64,000 nucleotides of DNA. Source: Eledone cirrhosa (lineage: Eukaryota). Positions 1 through 14,681 of this stretch are shown one piece after another; the first letter of the stretch is position 1, and each line of letters opens with the position of its first letter. The notes beneath the pieces are model-generated. The model worked only from the letters and a program-made list of their open reading frames with translations, ran no database searches and was not told the origin of the DNA. Both the position numbers and the translations under genes were made by a program. The DNA is taken from positions 54,932,001 to 54,996,000 of the forward strand of contig OZ024740.1 of the NCBI GenBank assembly GCA_964016885.1, in the 5' to 3' direction.

Positions 1-345
1 GTTTACTTTCAAAACCACATATGTCGCTTTTTTTCACGTTTGAATTTAATTTCTATTTTTCAGGCTTTTATTCATTTTTATATATTTTTCATATATTTGT
101 ATTTTTTACTATTTATTTACAAACAATGAATTCTTTGTATGTTCCAGGTTATCTTCAGACAATGCCTTTATTTTGCTGTCTTCTCTATGTCCCACTCTCT
201 CTCTCTTCTTTTGCCTATATTTCTCTGTCACACTAGCTTTCTTTATCCTTTTCCACTCTTTGTATTTCCAAACAGTCCATTGGTCACTGGACACTCTTGT
301 TTTTCCTTTATCCTTGTACTAAACTGAGGACACTTTCCTCCATTC

Positions 346-661
346 TTGTCACAAACATATTTCACACACATACGCACACCCACACAACACACTCAAACAC
401 ATAAATACATCCGCATGCATACGCTTACGTCGCTAGAGCGCATAAATAACTCACACACACGCACACACACACATATATATGTGTGTGTGTGTGTATATAT
501 ATATTTATATATACATTCATACATACACGCACACACACACACACACATATTTATATATATGTGTGTGTGTATATATATATTTATATATACATTCATACAT
601 ACACGCACACACACACACACACACATATATATGTGTGTGTGTGTGCGTGTATGTATGAATG

Positions 662-699
<38 letters not shown>

Positions 700-740
700 T
701 ATATATATATATATACAGATACAGAGAGAGAGAGAGGGAG
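346..740. repeat. Compound (CA)n/(TA)n/(TG)n/(GA)n microsatellite with local duplication and inversion
   Basis: Directly visible; representative of dozens of such tracts in the window. Confidence 0.95.
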
Positions 741-1097
741 AGAGGGAAAGAAAGGGAGAATTGTATGCAATGACTATAACAGGTTTAAACATACACAATA
801 TTATATTCAGTACAAGGAGAAAAATACTAGAATTTACAAACACACACATATACACACAACACGCACAAACGTAAGCATACATACAATTTTAGAAGGGTAC
901 ATATGCACAATGACGCACACACAAACACACAACTGAAAGACAGATACACACGCAATACATGTCGAGCTAATCAGGTTCTCTCGGGAAAAAATCACCATTA
1001 TTCTTTGAATCATCATTACTATTTTCATCACACTCACCATCACTACTATGACCAACAATAACACAATAACCAACACTCAACAAAACACCCCATAACA

Positions 1098-1136
1098 TTG
1101 CTGTTATTGCTGCTGCTGCTACTGCTGCTGCTGCTG

Positions 1137-1182
<46 letters not shown>
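1098..1182. repeat. (CTG)n-(CTA)n trinucleotide repeat
   Basis: Directly visible. Confidence 0.95.
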
Positions 1183-1185
<3 letters not shown>

Positions 1186-1419
1186 CACACACACACACAG
1201 AAGTACAACCACACACAAGCACATACACACACACACACATACACGTATATATATATATATATATATATATGTTATATACATATGGATATACTTTTATACA
1301 CATTCAAGTATATAAATATAAAAATATTTACAAATGTATATTTGTGTGTGTATATATATATATATATATTCATTCATAGATGCATTCATATATAGATAGG
1401 TTTATATATACATTGTTAC

Positions 1420-1800
1420 ATACTTACACACACACATGCATACATACATACGTACATACATACACACATACATACACACATACATACATACATACGTACG
1501 TACACACACACATACATACATACGTACGTACATACACACATACATGCATACATACATACATACATACATACATACATACATACATACATACCTACATACA
1601 TACACACACACATACACACATACATACATACACACATACATACAAACATACATACACACATACATACAAACATACATACACACGTACATACTTACATACA
1701 AACATACACACACACACACACATACATACACATACATACACACACACATACATAAATTCATGCATACATTCACACATACATACATTCATACATATATACT
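1420..1800. repeat. Degenerate (CATA)n/(CA)n array
   Basis: Directly visible. Confidence 0.95.
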
Positions 1801-2449
1801 TACTTACATATTGGTATGTGTGTGTTTGTGTGTGTATTTTCATACATAGACTGAAATAGACAGTTGCAATTTGTATTTAATTCATGTCTAAACACACATA
1901 GTTATCCATATATATTTGTTTCTGTATGTGCGTGTGTGCATGCAGGAATATGTATAATTTTAATCTTAAATTTAAGTAAGCAAGATAAATAATATTACGA
2001 ATTCAAGCAGCGAAATAAGATAACAGAAGTTAGAGGATTGTGCGTTTTATCTGAGTAAATTGTGTATGTATGATCGTCTTTGTTTATATAAATGCTTCCA
2101 CCTCTTTCTCTCTGTGTGTGTTTGTGTGTGTATATATATGATTGATTCTATTTGAAGGTGGGTATGTTTATGCGTGTGTGTGCATGTACAACTGTAGGAC
2201 ATCTGTCGATTCAAACAACGTGTGTAAACATTCTGCTCAGAAAAATTAAGTTCCTCCAGCAGAGAATGTGACAAAGCTAGGATTTTAAATTACAGGTTCG
2301 ACCCCTTCTTGCCAGCTAAGTGGACTGGGGCTACATAAAATAAATTATCTTACACAAGACCACAAATCTAAGCCGTGATTGAAACCAAGGATGTTACAAT
2401 ACTGAACCGAACCCAATAAACATGTACATGATTTCTTAAATTGAATTCA

Positions 2450-2495
<46 letters not shown>

Positions 2496-3070
2496 TATAT
2501 ATATATATACACACACACATATATATAAATATATACATACATACATATGTGTGTGTGTGTGTTTAGGTGTGTATGTTTGTATGCATGTATCTATAAATAC
2601 ACATACATAAATATATAACTATACATATATATATATATGTACATATATATACATATACTTATATATACATATGTATATATATACACTTGCATATTTACAT
2701 GTGTATATACTCACACAAACACACACATATATATATAAAGGTGTGTGTATATAAATTTACTCCCTTTTTAAAATGTAATACAGTGAAATGCATATGAATT
2801 TTAATATTTATATGTATAAAGATATTATTTTATCATTTCAACATAACAGGAATACAATATATTTTACCATACACTCGCACGCGCTTACACGAGTGTGTGT
2901 GTGTTTGAATGAATTGGAAGTATGTTTGTATATAAAGTGTGTATGTACGTGTCTCTGGATGTACGGATGAACGAACCTGTTTAAACACTGATATAGTCAT
3001 TCTCCATAAAACAAAATCGCGCACTTACTCCTCCATCCATATTCGCATGCATTTCTCTTCTTTTGTTATT

Positions 3071-3178
3071 ATCCCGCCGAGGTTGACTTTGCCTTTCATC
3101 CTTACAGGGTCGATAAAATAAAGTACCAGTAATGCACAGGGTAATTGCTGGCCTTGTGTCTAAAGTAGAAACAATTAT
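3071..3178 (+). mobile_element. SINE family 1, 5'-truncated copy
   Basis: cccgccgaggttgactttgcctttcatccttacagggtcgataaaataaagtaccag...gccttgtgtctaaagtagaaacaatt matches the body of the full copy at 18711-18903. Confidence 0.85.
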
Positions 3179-3533
3179 TTTTTTTTTTCGTTAAAAAATC
3201 TTGGAGGCATTAAGGGTGTAGAAAGAGGCGTTAAGCAGTAAAGCAATAGGAAGTGAGGGGTGGTATTAAACGCTGGAGGTGTTAGCCTAAAAATGGTAAG
3301 CGAGTTTCTATCTTGCTTATGATCCTTTGATTTATTTATTTTGATTGTTTGTTTGTTTCTCTTTGGATATATCTATTTGATTTGTTATATTCAGTTGCTC
3401 CATAATTTCTACCAATGAAGAATTAGACTTGTTGTTCTTACCGTTTTATTGTTGATGATTTAATCTATAATTTATTCAAATAACAATAATAATTATAACA
3501 ATAAGAAAAGTGATGATGATGATGATGAAGATC

Positions 3534-3711
3534 ATTTCAAATTTAGGCACATGGCCACGAATTTGGGGGCATGGTAAAATCGATTACATTGATAATTTGT
3601 TTTATCGAACCCGGAAGAATAAAAGATAACGTTGACCTCGAAGGGATGTGAAATCAGAACAGAAATTAGTACCCAAAATGATTTTGTCGGATTGTCTACT
3701 GTTACTGCCAA
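3534..3711 (-). mobile_element. SINE family 1, diverged copy
   Basis: Degenerate reverse complement of family 1 (tttaggcac...tttatcgaaccc...gttgacctcg...ctgccaa). Confidence 0.6.
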
Positions 3712-4220
3712 TATAATATCTAGTATTAACCGCAAAAAATTCACGATTTATAAATTGCTTTATTTATTCTATTATATTCGTTATTTTTTTATTTTATTTG
3801 TTCTATTATATTTATTATTTTTTTTAATTTTGTTTTTTCTATTATATTTATTTATTTTTATTTATTATTTTATTTATTTATTTTTATTTATTATTTTATT
3901 TATTTATTTTTATTTATTATTGTTGTCGTAAGATTCCAAGTATGATTTGGATTTTGATCTATCGATACCAATGATTAGAGCGTATCATTGCATTTTATTT
4001 CATTGCAAAATGATTTCGGTTATGTATTCGGTGTCGAAATTGTTTCATTGTGTTAATTTCTTTCGATTATATATATGGTTTCATTCTATAGGTTGATTCT
4101 TGAACGAGTAGTACTTGAAAACCTATTAAACCTAAGCTAATGATGAAGAAGATGATGATGACGATGGTGATGATAAAGATGTTGAACACAATAATAATGT
4201 TTATTATGCTACTAATATTG

Positions 4221-4431
4221 ATTTCTAATTTAAGAACAAGGCCTGCAAATTTGTGGGAAGCGTCAATGTTGACAAAATTAATTCCAGTGTTGGCTAGTAC
4301 TGTATTTCATCGACCCAGGAGGGGTGAAATGCAAAGTTGATATCGGCGAGATTTGAACGCAGAATGTAAAGCTGGTGAACAAATATCGCTATGGCATTTT
4401 ATCCAACAAAATAAATATTCTGCCAATTTAC
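4221..4431 (-). mobile_element. SINE family 1, diverged copy
   Basis: acaaggcctgcaaat...atcgacccagga...gcaaagttgatatcggcgagatttgaac...tctgccaattt. Confidence 0.65.
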
Positions 4432-4777
4432 ACTCAAATAATACAACTAATAATACAAATGAAAAATGTAATATAATAGTTATCACAAGGGTGATAAATA
4501 AGTGGACATTGAAGGGAAAAATAAAGAAAAAAGGGTGCGATACATAGAAATGCTTATTAGAAAATGTGGTATGAATAAATCTGAGTTTAATAAAATGAAA
4601 TAATATAAATATACACACCACATAAGTTTGAATTATAAACACACCCACGAATGTAATTAATTTCACAAATATTTCATACACACTTATACACACGCATACA
4701 AACACACTGACAGACATTTACACACCCACCCCCAAACATATATATATATGTGTGTGTGTACATATATATATATAATG

Positions 4778-4836
<59 letters not shown>

Positions 4837-4884
4837 TTTTTTTTGATTTGTTTTTAAAATCCAAATTCAATAAACAGACGAGGA

Positions 4885-4950
4885 TTTTTTCATTCTGAGG
4901 ATTGAAAGCAAAACCTTTTGCTTTTAAGAAACCACTGGTAAATAGAATAA
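4885..4950 (+). ncRNA. Minimal type I hammerhead ribozyme motif (family O) in a TA-flanked island
   Basis: CTGAGGA (4895), 12-bp stem II TTGAAAGCAAAA/TTTTGCTTTTAA, GAAA (4928), stem III ACCA-C-TGGT, A17; stem I short and imperfect. Confidence 0.7.
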
Positions 4951-4972
4951 TTGCCTTATGTTGTTTATTACA

Positions 4973-5039
<67 letters not shown>

Positions 5040-5054
5040 CATATATATATATAT

Positions 5055-5219
5055 AGATGAGTATTGACGTACATATACGTCAATACTCATCTTTTTCCAT
5101 TTATCTGAGGGTTCTACACACCATTATCAGGCTTACAATTTCTTTAGTCAAAAATACGGTGAAAGCTATTCTATTCTCTAATTTCAAACCTGCTCACTGT
5201 TTCAAAACATACTTACTTG

Positions 5220-5222
<3 letters not shown>
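5055..5222 (+). mobile_element. 5'-truncated, 5'-inverted copy of the tRNA-headed TA-embedded element
   Basis: 5076-5222 aligns by eye with 8321-8463; 5055-5092 is a perfect 17-bp hairpin (agatgagtattgacgta-cata-tacgtcaatactcatct). Confidence 0.7.
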
Positions 5223-5265
<43 letters not shown>

Positions 5266-5310
5266 GAAAGGTATAGAAATTGTTTTAGCAATAAGCTAAC
5301 AGTATTCCAT

Positions 5311-5351
<41 letters not shown>

Positions 5352-5354
5352 CAA

Positions 5355-5440
5355 ATAACAAATTTAACAAATATTAGAGACACATGAATAAAACCACGCG
5401 CGCACACGCACACACACATGTATTTATGTATGTATGTATG

Positions 5441-5472
<32 letters not shown>

Positions 5473-5560
5473 AATATATATATATACATAAATACATGTG
5501 TGTGTGCGTGTGCGCGCGTGGATTTATTCATGTGTCTCTAATATTTGTTAAATTTGTTAT
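5355..5560. repeat. Inverted repeat, arms about 5355-5431 and 5484-5560, around a microsatellite spacer
   Basis: Arms are reverse complements with one visible mismatch. Confidence 0.9.
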
Positions 5561-5563
5561 GTG

Positions 5564-5669
<106 letters not shown>

Positions 5670-6044
5670 CGGTATATATATACTTCATGAGTTTTATATC
5701 TCTTCGTTTCTCATCACATTATATATGTTACATTTTAGAATATATTAATTTTACAATAGAAGATTCTAATACAACAATAATATTTGGGAAAAAAGAAACA
5801 GATGTAAAATATATGATAGCGTTTCATATAACAAAGACCACAAAATAGAGGGAAGATACTGCTGTTTAATAAATTGACCTCAGTTTTCTAATGAAACTAA
5901 TTTTATTGAATCATGACGAGAGAAAAGCAAAACCGACATCAGCACGAAAAGAAATATGGATATAAAGCAAAGAAAATTAACACATACATACGCAAATTTC
6001 CTCTGTAAACACACATGCATGAATATCTATCTATCTATCTATCC

Positions 6045-6113
<69 letters not shown>

Positions 6114-6172
6114 TCACAGATTAAAGTTTAATAAATAAATATTTGCTCTACGGTTCTTATATATTTGATATA

Positions 6173-6218
<46 letters not shown>

Positions 6219-6226
6219 CATTCATC

Positions 6227-6352
<126 letters not shown>

Positions 6353-6404
6353 TGTGTGTGTGTGTGTGTGTGTCATTCATATATGTATATATATATATCT
6401 ATAT

Positions 6405-6636
6405 AGTAATAATAGTAAAATTGAAGACTAAAATCCAAAGAGGGCTCGATTTCCCGTTCTTTGCCAGCGAACGTTACCACGAACCAAAGTATCGTCTTCC
6501 TGTCTTCCTCCGGTTGCAACGTTTTTTGAAATATCCAGTTCTGCGTTTACAGATTGACTTTGTTAGTTTCAAAAGATCCCGTTAAGGGTGAAAGCAGCGA
6601 TTCTTTGCTTAAACTTTAATCTGTTATTTTTATAAA
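6405..6636 (+). mobile_element. Penelope-like/retrozyme fragment, family A, with degenerate hammerhead at 6565-6615 and inverted 3' piece
   Basis: Shares sequence with 6108-6180, 13673-13740, 36130-36350 and 49589-49660, all TA-flanked. Confidence 0.65.
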
Positions 6637-6718
6637 TATATATCTATATATATATATATGTGTGTGTCTGTGTATATGTGTGTGTGTGTGTATATATATA
6701 TATGTGTATATATATATA

Positions 6719-6829
<111 letters not shown>

Positions 6830-6839
6830 TATATATATA

Positions 6840-7278
<439 letters not shown>

Positions 7279-7656
7279 TATATACACACATACACAGAGA
7301 GTAAGTATACCTGAAAGGTCGGTTGGCGGGTTATATAAATGCTTTGATATATCTATTTCTACATATGTATGTACGTTTTTATGCGTACTCATATATGTGC
7401 GTGTGTGTATGTATATATGCGTATGGGGGTTGTTTCTCTCGCTAAGTCTACATATCAATATTTTCCGTTAATTAAGACAGTATCTGCGTCATTTTCATTA
7501 CAGCGTCACTGTATTTGTGTGTGCCGATGTACTGTTGAGGTGTGACCTGCTGACTGACAACCATATATTTTACAGGGTTTATTAATTAAATAATGGTAAA
7601 GTTAGATTATATAAGTTACTATCATAATGGCACTGTTGAAATGAATGATAATATTT

Positions 7657-7687
<31 letters not shown>

Positions 7688-7729
7688 CGATGATGACGAT
7701 GACGATGACGATGATGATGATAATGATGA

Positions 7730-7762
<33 letters not shown>

Positions 7763-7871
7763 TGATGATGATGATGACGATGATGACGATGATGACGATG
7801 ATGATGACGATGATGATGATGATGATGATGATGACGACGACGACGACGACGATGATGATGATGATGATGAT
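7657..7871. repeat. (GAT/GAC)n trinucleotide array
   Basis: Directly visible. Confidence 0.95.
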
Positions 7872-8167
7872 ACAATCTTAAGATTGTGGTGGTGATGATA
7901 GATATAGCACGAGTATCAGGATGGCGTAAAACATTAGTGGAGAAATAATGTGTGGCTGGGAGAGTGTAGGAGGGTGTTGATAGCCAGAGTCTTGCACCTA
8001 CCTCCAGACAAATAATGACACTTCCAGCATTGGGACTATCCTTACTTGTCTAAAACAATATTATTCAATACAGAAGCAATTATTTGTCTCTCTGGTCAAA
8101 CTAGTGCTCATATATACACTTAGTCATACACACACACACCCACATATTGCATATACCAGTAAAATAA

Positions 8168-8261
<94 letters not shown>

Positions 8262-8265
<4 letters not shown>

Positions 8266-8460
8266 TGTAAACGGTAGCACAGTGGTCTGGATAACCAAAG
8301 AAGTGGGTTCGACTCCCATGTACGTCAATACGCATCTTTTTCCAATTCTCCGAGGGATCTTAACCCCACTATCAGGCTAAATAATTTATTTAGTCAAAGT
8401 ACGGCGATATCTTACATTTATAATAATTTCAACCCCGCTCGCTGTTTCGAAAAATATTCT

Positions 8461-8463
<3 letters not shown>
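8262..8463 (+). mobile_element. tRNA-headed SINE-like element embedded in (TA)n
   Basis: A-box-like TGGTGTAAACGGTAG, anticodon-like arm TGGT-CTGGATA-ACCA, T-arm GTGGG-TTCGACT-CCCAT; body repeated at 5076-5222. Confidence 0.65.
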
Positions 8464-8521
<58 letters not shown>

Positions 8522-8615
8522 ATGTGTGTGTATATATATATATATGCGAAGTTAAACATAGTACAAGGAGGGAGAAATATTAGTTTCATGCTTTATATAG
8601 TAGGAAATGTGACTT

Positions 8616-8643
8616 TACGTTTCGGACATTAATCCATCGTCAG
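8616..8643 (-). ncRNA. Minimal hammerhead motif (family E-like)
   Basis: Minus strand CTGACGA-T-GGA-ttaatg-TCC-GAA-ACGT-A; downstream gcatgaaactaata...ttgtact resembles 24448-24477. Confidence 0.65.
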
Positions 8644-9122
8644 GGGATGGGATGAAAAATAAAACATAGAGCAGAAACATAGGGAGTGAGAAGAGGAACA
8701 AACAGACAGGGTAGATGGAGGAAAAGGAAGTTTGTACTCGCTCAGCCGTTTATATACATACATCTAGATACATATATAGATATAGATATGGATATATATA
8801 TACATATAGATATGGATATACATAACACACATGTGTGTATTGATGAGGTTATAGTATGAGATCTAACTCCGATTGCTCACATTATTCTCTCAATGAGATA
8901 TGGTATGAACTTTCAGGAGCAAAACCTGTCTTAGTGTAATAACAAAGCGTGTAATTGTAATTTGTTGTTTGCTCTTATACGTCAGGACACAGGGTTTCTG
9001 CCAACGCATGAAATTACGATAGGTCCAATTTGCTACTTGCCGAAAACCGTCAAACTGTGATGGCTTCATCAGCAGACAATGAATTATGGAGAGAGAGCGA
9101 TAGAAATGTGCGTGTTCACATT

Positions 9123-9154
<32 letters not shown>

Positions 9155-9266
9155 CACACACACGTACGTGCATATATATGCACTTCCACGAATTCGAGTA
9201 TTTATATATATATATACACACTTATATATTACATATATATATTAATATATATATATGTAGAAATAC

Positions 9267-9336
<70 letters not shown>

Positions 9337-9547
9337 TATACATATATATGTGTGTATATATATACATACACATATATGTATATATACGTATGGTATGTAT
9401 ATAAATATATATACATGTATGTGTATGAATATATCGACGTGCATAATTATTCATACTTATGTTTGTACACATATGTGTATGTACTTATGTATGTATGTAT
9501 GTATGTATGCATGTATGTATATATGTATGTATATATGTATGTATGCA

Positions 9548-9820
9548 TGGGACTGGCTTTGTGCAGTGCCTTTGCTCACTATAAAAGCTTCACAGCACAG
9601 GCATTGCTTTATATCTGGAGATCTCTCTGCACTTGTCGTCACATGGTACCATGGGCCCAGCACTATGTGGCAATAATTGTCACAAGTGTAGTGTTTGTAC
9701 AAGAGTTTTCAAGTCGATGGCTGGACTAAAAAGTCACACTCGTTCAGCGCATCGGTAGGGTTTCTCCTACATGGATATAAAGTAGTGGCCGTACTCGGAA
9801 ACGAGTTGGCAGCCACCATG
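9548..9820 (+). mobile_element. RTE-type LINE 3' end or derived non-autonomous element
   Basis: 9678-9758 reads [26 protein letters not shown], a C2H2 finger of the kind ending RTE ORF2; ends in a (GTAT)/(AT) tail; copies at 36950-37028 and 45389-45698. Confidence 0.65.
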
Positions 9821-10287
9821 TATGCATGTATACATATATAATACATACGCTTAAAATGTATATATATTAATATATATCCAAAATTAAATTAAGTGTTGTC
9901 ATGTCTGAGAGACATGCGCGATATCCACTGTAGAATAAGATCAAAGATTCTAATGAATAGATTAGAGCATTTCATATCAACTAGATACAGATTGACATAT
10001 ATACAAAGAAGATTAATCATTTTAAAAGGTTGATTTGAAGTTCTAGTTAAAATTTAATTGGTTATCTACCTAGCTATGTGTGCTTACATTCTTAACAAAT
10101 TATTCCCTGTGATTGTTCCATATGTTTATTATATATATATATATATGTCAATCTATTTCTAGTTGATATATATTAATATATGTCTGTATAAAAATTATAT
10201 ATTATATATGTATATATATACGCATATATGTATATATACGTATTATATATATATATATAAATACACATATATGTATTTATAGGTATC

Positions 10288-10413
<126 letters not shown>

Positions 10414-10637
10414 GTGTGTGTGAATATATGAAGGTGCATAATGAGTCATACTTATGTTTGTACATATATATGTATGAACATGTACATGTATGAACTTATA
10501 CATGTATGTATGTATATATACATGTATGTATATATATGCATATATGTTATCTAGGTATATATTTATGTATGTATGACTGTATGTATGTATGTGTCTATGT
10601 AGGTTTTATGTATGTATGTTTGTATGTGTGTATGTGT

Positions 10638-10920
10638 GGAGGCACGTGGCCTAGTGGTAAGAGTGTTGGACTTACGATCATAATGTCGTGGGTTCGATTC
10701 CTGGGTTGCGTGATGTGTACTTGAGCAAAACACTTCATTCACGTTGCTCCAGTATACTCAGCTGAAAATGAGTACCAGCAATAGCTGGAGGTTTAACCCT
10801 GCGAAGAACTGGCGTCCTGTCCAGGGGGGCAGTCTTGTACTCTCAGTCGCTTCACGCCATGAAACCGGGATAAGCACCGGCCAAATGAGCCTTCTGGCTT
10901 AAGACAGACTTTAAACTTTA
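10638..10920 (+). mobile_element. SINE family 2, apparently full length (tRNA head, CORE-like centre)
   Basis: A box TGGCCTAGTGG, B box GGTTCGATTCC, tgtacttgagcaaaacactt...ctccagtatactcagctgaaaatgagtacc, 3' ACTTTA tail. Confidence 0.8.
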
Positions 10921-11296
10921 GATGTATGTATGTATATTTGTATGTATGTGTAACCGAAATTCTCAAACATCACATAAAATTCATTAGTCAATTTTAGTAA
11001 AGTTGGGTATTGGAAATGTTTTGATTAAGACATTTTGTTAGTAGGCATGATGTAGATTTTCGTTTTCGACGAGTGAAAGGAATGGGATCTATTTTAATTA
11101 TTCAACTTGTTTTTATTTTCATTTGCTATTTATTACAAATAGTTCCTTTTGATATTTACCACGAGTACTTTATTAGATAAATATCATCATAATTATGCAA
11201 ATGATATTTAATGGGAATATTGAATATGAATTATGTCAAATATTTATATTTCAATCTACATTCATTTACACATTCGTATGTTTGTAAATAAACAAA

Positions 11297-11379
<83 letters not shown>

Positions 11380-11415
11380 TAATTTAATATATCAACTAAC
11401 ATAGGCGCACAGATG

Positions 11416-11529
<114 letters not shown>

Positions 11530-11546
11530 TATATATACAAATATAT

Positions 11547-11597
<51 letters not shown>

Positions 11598-11667
11598 GTG
11601 TGTATATGTATGCATGCATATATATGTGTGTGTGAGTGTGTATTTATATATGTATAAATATATATAT

Positions 11668-11719
<52 letters not shown>

Positions 11720-11754
11720 AAGTTATATATATATATGTGAGTATATATATATAT

Positions 11755-11831
11755 ACCCTCCCAAAGTATAACAATATCGGTTTCAACACACGATTTCAGA
11801 TAAAGAATCTTGCTAAACAAATTCAGAAACG

Positions 11832-11833
<2 letters not shown>
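11755..11833 (+). mobile_element. Penelope-like family M 3' tail fragment in (TA)n
   Basis: Near-identical to 44566-44642. Confidence 0.7.
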
Positions 11834-11921
<88 letters not shown>

Positions 11922-11922
11922 A

Positions 11923-11953
<31 letters not shown>

Positions 11954-11954
<1 letters not shown>

Positions 11955-12145
11955 ATTGTTTCTACTTTTGGCACAAGGCCAGCAATTACACAGTGTATTA
12001 CTGGTACTTTATTTTATCGACCCCGTCAGGATGAAAGGCTAAGTTAACCTCAGCAGGATTTGAACGCATATCATAAAGGGCCGTAGCTCTTTGGTGCAAA
12101 GCATGGCGTCCGACCCTCTAGCGATACTGCAAATCCACAGCCCTT
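11954..12145 (-). mobile_element. SINE family 1, near full length
   Basis: Reverse complement of the 18711-18903 pattern. Confidence 0.85.
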
Positions 12146-12242
12146 ATATATATAATATGCCTCTACCTTATATATACACATATATATATATATACATATA
12201 TATATATGTGTATATATATATATATATATATCTGTGTGTGTG

Positions 12243-12273
<31 letters not shown>

Positions 12274-12298
12274 TTTGCGTGTGTGTATATATATATAT

Positions 12299-12428
12299 GT
12301 AACTTAAAATGCAGTGGGAATACAAAGAAAGGAATAGCAGGAGGGGGGAGTTTTCCTCACCAGTTGTCTACAGGGGGTCTAGCATATTTCTACGCTTTAA
12401 AGACAAGATACTATTTCACCCCTTTGTT
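12299..12428 (-). mobile_element. TA-embedded element, family I
   Basis: gtaacttaaaatgcagtgggaatacaaagaaag...cagttgtcta shared with 46697-46768. Confidence 0.55.
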
Positions 12429-12486
<58 letters not shown>

Positions 12487-12504
12487 TATATATATATATA
12501 TAAA

Positions 12505-12582
<78 letters not shown>

Positions 12583-12665
12583 TACATATATATACATATA
12601 TATGTATATATATATATATATGTATATGTATATGTTGTATATATATATATATATGTATATATATG

Positions 12666-12751
<86 letters not shown>

Positions 12752-12754
12752 GAA

Positions 12755-12921
12755 ACGGCTGAGCTCAAGCCGTTTCGACGGTTAATTCTGATTTAGCCGT
12801 CGAAACGGCTTGAGCTCAGCCGTCGGGATCCAAATCGTTCCTATTACCCACTCTACCACCCTAAGTATTGAGTACTTTGGTGCGTTATGGTCCACATGGT
12901 TCCTTACCACATTTCCTTCGT

Positions 12922-12922
<1 letters not shown>
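12755..12922 (+). mobile_element. Family C fragment with 31-bp fold-back hairpin and 3' half of a hammerhead
   Basis: Arms 12755-12785 and 12793-12823; GAA-ACGGCT-tgagctc-AGCCGT-C gives stem III with a GUC triplet; CTGANGA absent (truncated). Confidence 0.7.
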
Positions 12923-12964
<42 letters not shown>

Positions 12965-13154
12965 GTGTGTGTGTTCATAGATTTTTATATATGTATATAT
13001 ATATATATATATATCAAAGTTAAATATATATAACTTTGATATATATATCCATATATAAATATAGACACATATACTTATATATATATATATATATATTTAT
13101 ATATAAATATATATATACATATACATATATATACATAATATACATATACACTCA

Positions 13155-13216
<62 letters not shown>

Positions 13217-13608
13217 AGTGTGCGTGTGTGTGTGGGTATATATGTATAGGCTACTACTACAGGTGGTGTTGTTATAGTTACTGCTCCAACTGTTACTACT
13301 ACTAATCCCAATACTAATACTTGTTTAGACTACTAATACTGTTGTTGCTGTAGCTTCTACTGTTGAAACTGACGGCGACAGCAAGAAATTCCTTTGAAAG
13401 AAGAGAGCATCTACAACTAACTTGATAATAATATATCAGTTATTATATACAAGGGCCTCCAACAATTGTTAACATCCTGCATTTGACACAGTGACAGCTT
13501 TGGCACACTATACAACTCAAATAAGAAGTATGAAGCTGATGCATATAAATAAGAGTACATATGAATACATACCTACAGACCACGCTACCATCTATACACA
13601 CACACACA

Positions 13609-13675
<67 letters not shown>

Positions 13676-13782
13676 TAATAATAATAAATTTGAAGACTAA
13701 AATCCAAAGAGTGCTTGATAGGATAAGGATAAATATATATAAAATATATAATATATATATATATATATATTAAATATATATC

Positions 13783-13815
<33 letters not shown>

Positions 13816-14031
13816 GTTGATTTTCATAGTGTCCTATAACATCGCAGTTCGACAAACAGTTAACGACGTAAATAAGTACTTGCATGCACTGACACCCCAT
13901 GACGGTAATCCAATATATATATATATATGTAGATATACATATGTATACATATATAAATATATACATATATACACACACACACACACACACATTTATATAT
14001 ATATTTATATATATATATATATATATATTAG

Positions 14032-14107
14032 TAGTAGTATTGCTGTCATGGCTGGTGTATTTTTTTTATTGTTACTGCATTTTGTATTTTTACTAACTTT
14101 ATCTCAA

Positions 14108-14146
<39 letters not shown>

Positions 14147-14149
14147 ATG

Positions 14150-14182
<33 letters not shown>

Positions 14183-14554
14183 ATATATATATATATATAT
14201 ATACATACACACATATATATATATATATATATGTGTGTATGTATATATATATATATATATATGTGTGTATGTATATATATATATATATACATACACATAT
14301 ATATATATATATATATATATATGTAGGAGGTGAGTTTTATTGTAGTACAATAAAGCAATGCAGATATCGGATAAGAAGCACTCTACAGTTTGTGGGACTG
14401 GAGTATGCATAATATAAGATCAAAAGATGGTTAAAGGAGTTCAATATATTTTATTATGCGCATTTCAAAAACAAACATCATCATGTTTGATGATGTTTGT
14501 TTTTGAAATGCGCATAATAAAATATATTGAACTCCTTTAACCATCTTTTGATCT

Positions 14555-14605
<51 letters not shown>

Positions 14606-14681
14606 TTGAGATAAAGTTAGTAAAAATACAAAATGCAGTAACAATAAAAAAAATACAGCAGCCATGACAGCAATACTACTA
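14032..14681. repeat. Inverted repeat, arms 14032-14110 and 14603-14681, bracketing TA tracts and a nested element
   Basis: About 79-bp arms with one visible mismatch. Confidence 0.9.
14323..14562 (-). mobile_element. Family D fragment with perfect 75-bp hairpin (14409-14483 / 14488-14562)
   Basis: Same family as 42684, 43322, 44871 and 54236; the hairpin apex lies in hammerhead stem II. Confidence 0.8.

Noticed and set aside
7593-7895. Poly-Asp / poly-His ORFs resembling acidic biomineralisation proteins
   Set aside because: Pure GAT/GAC microsatellite with no signal peptide or convincing splice context.
8262-8325. tRNA gene
   Set aside because: No complete acceptor stem and it is fused to a repeated body; treated as a SINE head, as are 10638 and 18711.
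14409-14562. pre-miRNA or MITE interpretation of the perfect hairpins
   Set aside because: The same family occurs with different or no hairpins at other loci, so the hairpins are insertion by-products rather than fixed termini.
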